From Crocosphaera subtropica ATCC 51142 (GTDB lineage: Bacteria > Cyanobacteriota > Cyanobacteriia > Cyanobacteriales > Microcystaceae), in assembly GCF_000017845.1 (NCBI RefSeq), contig NC_010546.1:360001-392000 (forward strand): a stretch of 32,000 bases of DNA, written 5' to 3'. Each line of letters starts with the position of its first letter. Position 1 is the first letter of the stretch. The translations under genes were made by a program, and so were the position numbers. The notes below the pieces were generated by a model. It saw only the letters and a program-made list of their open reading frames with translations. It ran no database searches and had not been told where the DNA came from. Below are positions 25,799 through 32,000 of the stretch, in pieces.

Positions 25799-27307
25799 AT
25801 GACCCTGAAATCATCTAACTATCAATTTACTTATACCCCTCATTATAAACCTAATCAACTAATTTGTGGTCATGGACAAACAGCAATTATTACAGGATGG
25901 ACCGTCAGACAAACTATTGCTAAAAAATTGAACCCAGAAGATTACGCTGTTATCGGAAATTTATACAGTCCCACAAGAGGAATTAGTCCTTTAATTCGTA
26001 ATTTATTAGCGAATCCTCATGTGAGATTTTTAGTTATTTTAGATGCAACCAAAGAAGACAAAAATGCAAGAGGATGTCAATGTTTATTAGACTTTTTACA
26101 ACAGGGTTTTACTCAAGGAACCAGTGATACAGGTCGAGATATTTGGGTAATAAATTCTGAGATTACTGGTTATATTGACATAGAAATTGATGCTAATGCT
26201 TTAGAAACTTTGCGTCAATCTCTTGACTATAAATTAGTAAACTCTATAAGTGAAGCAATCAATTTTATTAAAGAATTTAGTCAACAAAAAAACAAACAAC
26301 CTTGGGGAGAACCTTTAACTTTCCCCATGATGGAAACTACTCCTACAGTATTACCTGGTCCTAGATATGGTCATCGTATTGAAGGGAAAACCATTGCAGA
26401 AACTTGGGTTAAAATATTGCATCGAATTAAAACAACAGGAACCATTAGACCAACTCAATATGGACAATGGCAAGAATTAATTGATTTGACCTCTATTATA
26501 ACAGATGAACCCTTAAATTTCTATTTTCCTAGTTCTAATTATTTACCTATAAAACGAGATTTTATTAATGATTATATTGGACAGATTTTAGACGATGCAC
26601 CCCAAAAAGAAGGGGTAAAATACACTTATGGTCAAAGGTTGCGATCGTGGTTTGAACGAGATCAAATTCAACAAGCAATTGATAAATTAATAACTGATAA
26701 AGACTCATCTAGAGTGGTGATGTCTCTTTGGGATGTGAAAGATTATGAAAATAATGATAGTCCTCCTTGTCTTAATCATATTTGGGTAAGAATTGTTGAT
26801 AATGAGTTATCATTAACAGCAACTTTTCGTAGTAATGATATGTTTTCTGCTTGGCCAGCAAATGCAATGGGTTTAAGAGCATTACAAAAACATATTATAG
26901 AACAAATAAATAAAACTTCTAACCATAATTTTCAATTCGGACCATTAATTATTATCAGTCAAAGCGCACATATTTATAGTGATTGTTGGGAACACGCAGA
27001 CAAGGTTATTGAAACAGAATATACTAGAATATGTCAGCAAAAAAACTATACTGATCCCAGTGGTAGTTTTTTGATTTCTATTAAAAATAATCAAATTATA
27101 GTTGAACATATTACCCCAGGTTCAGGGGAAGTGGTTAACTGTTATTCAGGAAAAACAGCGAAACAAGTTTACCAAAAAATTGCTGATACTTGTCCTGGTC
27201 TTGAAGTCAAACACGCTATGTATTTAGGGTCAGAATTACAAAAAGCAGAAATCTGTTTAGTTACAAATACAGATTTTTATCAACAAGATATACCTCTTGT
27301 TTTTTAA
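25799..27307 (+). CDS. Three-domain thymidylate-synthase-like fusion: MtrA-like N-domain, methanogen-type TS core, and a DUF4346-like C-domain
   Basis: 502 aa. The core carries TS-fold motifs SRVVMSLWDV, SPPCLNH (catalytic Cys), TFRSNDMFSAWPAN and SQSAHIY. The first 165 aa or so resemble MtrA (AIITGW...GNLYSPTRGISPLIRNLLANPHVRFLVIL). The last 90 aa or so resemble DUF4346 (DPSGSFLISI...HAMYLGSELQKAE). Confidence 0.75.
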   Translation: MTLKSSNYQFTYTPHYKPNQLICGHGQTAIITGWTVRQTIAKKLNPEDYAVIGNLYSPTRGISPLIRNLLANPHVRFLVILDATKEDKNARGCQCLLDFLQQGFTQGTSDTGRDIWVINSEITGYIDIEIDANALETLRQSLDYKLVNSISEAINFIKEFSQQKNKQPWGEPLTFPMMETTPTVLPGPRYGHRIEGKTIAETWVKILHRIKTTGTIRPTQYGQWQELIDLTSIITDEPLNFYFPSSNYLPIKRDFINDYIGQILDDAPQKEGVKYTYGQRLRSWFERDQIQQAIDKLITDKDSSRVVMSLWDVKDYENNDSPPCLNHIWVRIVDNELSLTATFRSNDMFSAWPANAMGLRALQKHIIEQINKTSNHNFQFGPLIIISQSAHIYSDCWEHADKVIETEYTRICQQKNYTDPSGSFLISIKNNQIIVEHITPGSGEVVNCYSGKTAKQVYQKIADTCPGLEVKHAMYLGSELQKAEICLVTNTDFYQQDIPLVF

Positions 27308-27352
27308 TCTGTTAATATATAAAAATATAAGAAATAATTTTTCAAAAAAGAT

Positions 27353-28039
27353 ATGACTATCTTAAGTGATCAAGATATAAGGCAAGAAATAGGGATCAAT
27401 ATATATATCTATCCCTATAAAAAAGATAATCTTAAAGGATCTAGTTATAATTTAACTGCCAGTCAATTAGCTTGGGATTTGTCTACTAGAAAAAGTATTT
27501 ATGATAGCAGTCAAAACAAAATTACCATTCAACCTAAGACAACTGCTTTAATAGAAACTAATGAAAGTATTTGGGTATCTCAAAAAATATCTGGAACTTA
27601 TTATTCCCGTGTTAGAGAAGTTTCAAAGGGTACTGGACATATTAGTACAACACTTGATCCTAACTATATTGGATGTTCTTTAATTGCGTTACGTAATCAT
27701 AGTCAATCACCCATAGAAATAACACCTGAAACTGATCCTTTTGTCACCCTTATTTTCCAATATTTACATACACCATCAACCAAAGAACAAACTAGGAATA
27801 CTTCAGGACGAAGAGATTTACTTAGCACACTTGGAATACAATTGAATAAAGAAGAAACAGAATTTCTAGATCGAGAGTTTATGAATAATAAAGATGCACT
27901 ATTGAATAAATTACTAGAATGTGATGATTATAAAATCATACAAAAAAACGAGAGCAAGAAGAAAAAGAGAGACTTGAACAAATATCAAATCAAAAGAAAA
28001 ACCTTTTTTTTAAAAAACAATAACAATATCTTATTTTGA
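27353..28039 (+). CDS. dCTP-deaminase-fold (dUTPase superfamily) protein, divergent, with a charged C-terminal extension of about 80 aa
   Basis: The N-terminus ILSDQDI...INIYIYPY...LKGSSYNLTAS and the core TLDPNYIGCSLIALRN align by eye with the Dcd blocks (LCDRDI, IDPGWSGCIVLEFYN). The Dcd catalytic Glu position is Ala. The tail is Lys-rich (KKKKRDLNKYQIKRK). Confidence 0.65.
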   Translation: MTILSDQDIRQEIGINIYIYPYKKDNLKGSSYNLTASQLAWDLSTRKSIYDSSQNKITIQPKTTALIETNESIWVSQKISGTYYSRVREVSKGTGHISTTLDPNYIGCSLIALRNHSQSPIEITPETDPFVTLIFQYLHTPSTKEQTRNTSGRRDLLSTLGIQLNKEETEFLDREFMNNKDALLNKLLECDDYKIIQKNESKKKKRDLNKYQIKRKTFFLKNNNNILF

Positions 28040-28218
28040 GCAGTTGTCTGATAATATTAATTATATCAGCTATTTGGCTAAGTAATAATCAAAATAAATT
28101 ACAGTCCAAATCCTGGTATAATACAGCTAATAAAGTGATTGAGTGGGTATTGCCTACTATTACAGTAATATTAGTAAACTTATGGATTAATGACATAGAT
28201 CGTAAAGCTAATAAATGA
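28036..28218 (+). CDS. Possible 60-aa two-TM micro-protein, translationally coupled to the Dcd-like gene
   Basis: Its TTG start overlaps the upstream TGA (TTGA). Two hydrophobic segments are present (CLIILIISAIWL and VLPTITVILVNLWI). There is no in-frame ATG, so the call is uncertain. Confidence 0.35.
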   Translation: MSSCLIILIISAIWLSNNQNKLQSKSWYNTANKVIEWVLPTITVILVNLWINDIDRKANK

Positions 28219-28225
28219 AACCAAA

Positions 28226-28263
28226 ACTATCATACTATATAAAAACTATCATACTATATAAAA
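28226..28263. repeat. Perfect tandem duplication of a 19-bp unit directly upstream of dut
   Basis: ACTATCATACTATATAAAA occurs at 28226-28244 and again at 28245-28263. The repeat ends 15 nt before the dut ATG. Each unit contains a TATATAAAA -10-like element. Confidence 0.9.
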
Positions 28264-28278
28264 AGGAAATGTGAGGAA

Positions 28279-28707
28279 ATGCAGATTAAAATCATTAAAT
28301 TAAAAGAAAAAGCAATTATTCCAAAATATGAACATGATAATGATTCAGGACTTGATTTAGTTTCTACAGAAACTGTAGAAATACCATCAGGAGAAAGTAA
28401 ATTAGTTAAAACAGGAATTTCCATTGAATTACCTCCTAATACTGAAGCACAAATCCGTCCGAGAAGCGGACTCGCATTAAAACATCAAATCACTGTTTTA
28501 AACACCCCAGGAACTATTGATGAAGGGTACAGAGGAGAAATAGGGGTTATCTTAATTAATCATGGTAAAAGATCCTTTAAAGTCACTGAAGGAATGAGAA
28601 TTGCTCAGATGGTAATTGCTCCTGTTATTCGAGTAAAAATCCAAGAAGTTGAGCAATTAAGTGATACAATCAGAGGACAAGGTGGCTTTGGTTCAACAGG
28701 GGTTTAA
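28279..28707 (+). CDS. dut: dUTP diphosphatase (trimeric dUTPase)
   Basis: 142 aa with all the classical motifs: [40 protein letters not shown] and [10 protein letters not shown]. Confidence 0.95.
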   Translation: MQIKIIKLKEKAIIPKYEHDNDSGLDLVSTETVEIPSGESKLVKTGISIELPPNTEAQIRPRSGLALKHQITVLNTPGTIDEGYRGEIGVILINHGKRSFKVTEGMRIAQMVIAPVIRVKIQEVEQLSDTIRGQGGFGSTGV

Positions 28708-28724
28708 CGTTATTCTTTTTAGCA

Positions 28725-29009
28725 ATGAATATCCCCCAATTTTTTGAGTGGGACGAAAATAAACGTCAAGCTAATATAGAGAAACATGGGATAGACTTTG
28801 CTGACTTAGAGAGGATTTTTACTAATCCATTTATACAGCGTATCGATAACCGTGTTAATTATGGGGAAACAAGAATTATTCTCTTAGGTGAATTAGACGG
28901 AGTTATCCTCTATATTGTATATACTTGGCGTGGGGATCTCTGTCGGTTTATTAGTGCTAGGAGGGCCAACCAACGTGAAAGAAACAAATATTACCAGAGT
29001 GTCTCGTGA
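28725..29009 (+). CDS. BrnT-family (DUF497) type II toxin
   Basis: FEWDENKRQANIEKHGIDFADLERIF...RFISARRANQRERNKY matches the BrnT family pattern. Confidence 0.85.
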   Translation: MNIPQFFEWDENKRQANIEKHGIDFADLERIFTNPFIQRIDNRVNYGETRIILLGELDGVILYIVYTWRGDLCRFISARRANQRERNKYYQSVS

Positions 29010-29181
29010 AGAATGGGCAAAAATGAAGGGTGAAACCGATTGGGATAAGATTAAAGGGATGACTGATGAGGAGATCGAAAAAAATGCCTTAGATGATCCC
29101 GATAGTCAACCTATTCCTGATGAAATGTGGGAAGATGCTCAAGTTGTTTTTCCTCAACAAAATACCGCAGTCAACAGTTAA
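28975..29181 (+). CDS. BrnA/DUF4415-like antitoxin (start uncertain)
   Basis: It contains GETDWDKIKGMTDEEIEKNALDDPDSQPIPDEMWEDA, which is typical of DUF4415 partners of BrnT. I assume the GTG at 28975, which overlaps the BrnT 3' end. An ATG 16 codons downstream is an alternative start. Confidence 0.7.
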   Translation: MKETNITRVSREEWAKMKGETDWDKIKGMTDEEIEKNALDDPDSQPIPDEMWEDAQVVFPQQNTAVNS

Positions 29182-29184
29182 CAG

Positions 29185-29244
29185 TATCAACGAACTTTCT
29201 TGAAGAACAAAGACCAACATGGGATGAAGAGTTTATCATGATAG
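29185..29244 (+). pseudogene. Ghost 5' fragment of the dCMP deaminase gene
   Basis: These 60 nt are 53/60 identical, without gaps, to 29901-29960 (the start region of the intact deaminase gene). The start ATG has become ACG. The fragment encodes (T)NFLEEQRPTWDEEFIMI versus MTFLEEQRPTWDEYFIMI. Confidence 0.75.
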
Positions 29245-29288
29245 TGATGTATAAACCCATGATATAGCAGTTTTCATACTTGTGAGGT

Positions 29289-29422
29289 ACAGAGTTTGTA
29301 GGGGCGGGTTTTTGATAGAAGCTATAATATCAAAACATATCCCAGATAAACCCGCCCGTACAGGGGTTAGGGGTTAGGGATAAGAAGTTAAAGTGTACCT
29401 CATGACTCCGAGAAACGCTATA
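29289..29422. repeat. Copy B of the dispersed MITE-like repeat, carrying nested inverted repeats
   Basis: Its termini are shared with copy A (10166-10257). The outer 9-bp inverted repeat is TGAGGTACA (29283-29291) / TGTACCTCA (29394-29402). The inner 10-bp inverted repeat is GGGCGGGTTT (29302-29311) / AAACCCGCCC (29348-29357). Confidence 0.55.
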
Positions 29423-29431
29423 AATATCTGA

Positions 29432-29518
29432 AAAATTGCTTTAAAAACGTCAGATAAGCATTTTGAAGAAGAAATTACAGCAATGGTTAAAGAAGTAAGA
29501 AATAAGATAAGTGAATGA
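29432..29518 (+). pseudogene. C-terminal remnant of an antitoxin, truncated at its 5' side by the repeat element
   Basis: The open frame KIALKTSDKHFEEEITAMVKEVRNKISE has no start codon. Its TGA overlaps the following ATG in an ATGA arrangement. Confidence 0.4.
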
Positions 29519-29770
29519 TGAAAGTTTTACTAGATAGTAATGTCTGGATTTCTGGATTACTTTGGAGAGGAAAAGCTAGAGAAGTAATTAACTTAGCTCA
29601 ACAAAAAAAGATTACAGTTCTTTGCTATCGTTGAATGAGTTAATAGAAACTTTCAATTATCCTAAACTTCAGCGTCGTTTAAATCAGAAGATTTACTAAT
29701 TTTGCAAGAGTTTAATTCTATTCCTATTGTAACAATTGCTCATTTTTTAGAATTTTATCAAGACTCATAA
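29515..29770 (+). pseudogene. Eroded PIN-domain toxin
   Basis: It starts MMKVLLDSNVWISGLLWRGKAREVINLAQQKKITVLCY and then stops. LNELIETFNYPKLQRRLNQ and EDLLILQEFNSIPIVTIAHFLEFYQDS continue in two other frames. The central part of the domain is missing. Confidence 0.6.
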
Positions 29771-29905
29771 GAGATATTAAAATAATTTTTATAACTTTTA
29801 CGTTTACGAGAAATTTTAATTAACTTGCCACTGCTTACATCAACGGATCATAATAGAGTTTAGGAGTAACAAAAACCCCCTATAACTACCTGTTTAAAAT
29901 TATCA

Positions 29906-30448
29906 ATGACCTTTCTTGAAGAACAAAGACCCACTTGGGACGAATACTTTATCATGATAGCTAAATTAGCTGCTACTCGCTCAACCTGTTTGGCTTTCCC
30001 AGTGGGTGCAGTGATCGTCAAAGATAGACAATTATTAGCTACGGGGTATAATGGCTCACCATCAGGAACAGCACACTGTACAGCACAAGGATTCTGTTAT
30101 CCTGGACTCGATAGCTGTGATAGTTCTAGTAGTCTCCCTTCCCGTGCCATTCACGCTGAAGCCAATGCCATCGCCCAAGCAGCTAAATATGGCATTTCGA
30201 CCCACGGAGCTAGTATTTATGTTACCTTAGAGCCATGCGTTTCTTGTTTAAAATTAATTATCTCTGCAGGCATTAAAGACGTTTTTTATGAAACAGGGTT
30301 TAACAAAGGAGAAAAAGCTCTCGTTAGGGATGCTTTTCTCAAAGATGGATTAGTCAATTTAACCCAGATTCACTTATCCTCAGAAACGGCAAAACGTGCT
30401 TCCATTTTTCTCTTAAACCCCACATCAGTTGCCAGAGAAATGACTTAA
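29906..30448 (+). CDS. Zinc-dependent dCMP deaminase (CMP/dCMP deaminase family, ComEB-like)
   Basis: 180 aa. It begins WDEYFIMIAKLAATRSTC and has the zinc motifs HAEANAI and PCVSCLKLI. Confidence 0.9.
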   Translation: MTFLEEQRPTWDEYFIMIAKLAATRSTCLAFPVGAVIVKDRQLLATGYNGSPSGTAHCTAQGFCYPGLDSCDSSSSLPSRAIHAEANAIAQAAKYGISTHGASIYVTLEPCVSCLKLIISAGIKDVFYETGFNKGEKALVRDAFLKDGLVNLTQIHLSSETAKRASIFLLNPTSVAREMT

Positions 30449-30475
30449 CCATCTAACTTTCATCGTGAGGACAAA

Positions 30476-32000
30476 ATGCAGACGAAATCTTCATCTTCTC
30501 ACCTGTATCATGAACTTTCAGACTTAGAAGTTCTCAAAACTTTTAACAGCGATGTCGAAAAGGGTTTAACCGCCGAAGAAGTGGCCAGACGATTAGAACA
30601 ATATGGCTTTAACGAACTGGAAATAAAACAGGGAAAACCTGCCTGGCTAAGATTACTCTTACAATTTCATCAGCCTTTGCTGTACATTCTACTCATTGCA
30701 GGGGCGATCAAAGCGTTACTCGGTTCTTGGACTAATGCCGGGGTGATTTGGGGGGTAACCATGATCAACGCTGCGATCGGCTTTATTCAAGAATCGAAAG
30801 CCGAAGAAGCGATCGCCTCCCTGTCCAAAGCCGTCACCACCGAAGCCACTGTCATCCGTGATAATAGTACCATCGAAATTCCTTCACGAGATTTAGTCCC
30901 AGGAGACATTGTTCTCTTAGTGTCTGGGGATAAAGTCCCCGGAGATTTAAGACTCTTAAGGGTTCGTAACCTGCAAATTGATGAATCTGCACTCACAGGA
31001 GAATCCCTCCCCGTCACCAAATCTGTCTCCCCTTTACCTGCCGAAACCACTTTAGCCGAACGCACCAATATGGCTTATACCGGCAGTTTCGTCACCTTTG
31101 GCCAAGGCAAAGGAATAGTCGTCGCCACCTCAGAAGCCACCGAAGTCGGTAAAATTTCCCAGTCCCTCGATCAACGGGTCAATCTTAACACTCCCCTCAC
31201 CCGCAAATTTACCAAGTTTAGTCAGACCTTGGTGTATGTCATTTTGGCTTTGGCAACCCTGACCTTTACCATCGGTATCGGCCAAGGAGAGTCTTGGGTC
31301 TATATGTTTGAGGCAGCCGTTGCCTTGGCGGTGAGTGCCATTCCTGAAGGTTTACCGGCCGTTGTCACCATCACCTTGGCCATCGGAGTCAACCGCATGG
31401 CCAAACGTAACGCTATTATTCGCAAATTAAGTGCCGTCGAAGCGTTGGGGAGTGCCACCGTCATTTGTTCAGATAAAACAGGAACCCTTACAGAAAATCA
31501 AATGACGGTTCAATCGATTTATGCAGGAGAAGAACAATATAGTGTAAGCGGTGGTGGTTATAGTCCCAAAGGGGAGATTTCCTGCGATCTTCAAGAACCC
31601 CATTCTCATCAATCCATTGACACCTTGAGTCCGGTGTTAGAAGACTGTTTGAAAGCAGGATTATTGTGTAATGATTCCCATTTAGAAGCCCGTCATGCAG
31701 ATTGGATGGTAGTGGGGGACCCCACGGAAGGGGCTTTAATTGCAGCCGGGGCCAAAGCCGGGTTAAGCCAAGCTGCCTTAAACAACGCCATGCCTCGCTT
31801 AGATGTGATTCCGTTTGAATCAGAGTTTCAGTATATGGCCACTTTACATCGGGATGGGGAAGAATCGCAATCTGAAAGGGTGATTTATGTCAAAGGATCC
31901 GTAGAAGCCATTTTAAGCCGCTCTCAATACCAATTACAGCATGATGGTCAACGGGTGAGAATTGATCGCGCTTTTATTGAAGACAAAGTTGAGAGGATGG
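30476..32000 (+). CDS. P-type cation-transporting ATPase (PacL-like, type II), N-terminal 508 codons; continues beyond the window
   Basis: The ATG at 30476 is preceded by GTGAGGA. Motifs [28 protein letters not shown] and the phosphorylation site CSDKTGTLT are present. The frame stays open to position 32000, so it is absent from the ORF track. Confidence 0.95.
   Translation, partial: MQTKSSSSHLYHELSDLEVLKTFNSDVEKGLTAEEVARRLEQYGFNELEIKQGKPAWLRLLLQFHQPLLYILLIAGAIKALLGSWTNAGVIWGVTMINAAIGFIQESKAEEAIASLSKAVTTEATVIRDNSTIEIPSRDLVPGDIVLLVSGDKVPGDLRLLRVRNLQIDESALTGESLPVTKSVSPLPAETTLAERTNMAYTGSFVTFGQGKGIVVATSEATEVGKISQSLDQRVNLNTPLTRKFTKFSQTLVYVILALATLTFTIGIGQGESWVYMFEAAVALAVSAIPEGLPAVVTITLAIGVNRMAKRNAIIRKLSAVEALGSATVICSDKTGTLTENQMTVQSIYAGEEQYSVSGGGYSPKGEISCDLQEPHSHQSIDTLSPVLEDCLKAGLLCNDSHLEARHADWMVVGDPTEGALIAAGAKAGLSQAALNNAMPRLDVIPFESEFQYMATLHRDGEESQSERVIYVKGSVEAILSRSQYQLQHDGQRVRIDRAFIEDKVERM

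Noticed and set aside
28226-28263. NrdR-box interpretation of the dut tandem repeat and of the palindrome at 25769-25781
   Set aside because: NrdR boxes are 16-bp even palindromes, usually in pairs about 31-32 bp apart. The dut units are direct repeats 19 bp apart, and the other site is a 13-bp odd palindrome. Neither fits.
29300-29385. G-quadruplex potential of the GGGGCGGG ... GGGGTTAGGGGTTAGGG tracts in repeat copy B
   Set aside because: Only three closely spaced G-tracts are present. The fourth is about 50 nt away and is engaged in a predicted hairpin, so this is not a convincing G4.
25799-30448. The deoxynucleotide cluster as part of a prophage
   Set aside because: There are no integrase, terminase, capsid, tail or lysis genes, no att-like direct repeats and no tRNA anywhere in the window. 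Phage-like gene content alone is insufficient, so it is kept only as a hypothesis about origin.
30787-31068. 93-aa minus-strand ORF
   Set aside because: It lies inside the P-type ATPase reading frame, which carries the TGES/DKTGT landmarks. It is an antisense artefact.

Overview
This is an AT-rich cyanobacterial chromosomal segment. It carries ten copies of the HIP1 octamer GCGATCGC and typical cyanobacterial content (CHASE2/DUF928 pair, DUF29, ABC1 kinase, Deg/HtrA protease). I found no rRNA, tRNA, CRISPR array, transposase or integrase. From left to right the window holds four blocks. (1) Housekeeping and accessory genes: an NrtA-like ABC binding protein, an orphan antitoxin with a toxin stub, sbcC, GFA, HIT, an ABC1 kinase, an ABC ATPase, a PNPOx-like protein, a Deg protease and a MATE exporter. 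(2) A CHASE2-GGDEF-EAL sensor transcribed divergently from a DUF928 protein, with a perfect CRP-type palindrome between them. (3) A glycan-modification island: a GT26 TagA-like enzyme, two GT-C-like membrane proteins, an FkbM methyltransferase, a GtrB/ArnC-like GT2 and a sugar C-methyltransferase. (4) The most unusual part, at 25.8-30.4 kb: a same-strand cluster devoted to pyrimidine deoxynucleotide conversion. It encodes a three-domain methanogen-type thymidylate-synthase-like fusion, a dCTP-deaminase-fold protein that appears to lack the catalytic residues and is coupled to a 60-aa membrane ORF, a canonical dUTPase and a zinc dCMP deaminase. This cluster is interrupted by an intact BrnT/BrnA toxin-antitoxin pair, a ghost 5' copy of the deaminase gene, a MITE-like repeat and an eroded PIN toxin-antitoxin module. 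The window ends inside a P-type cation ATPase. All domain calls come from motif recognition by eye; no searches were run.
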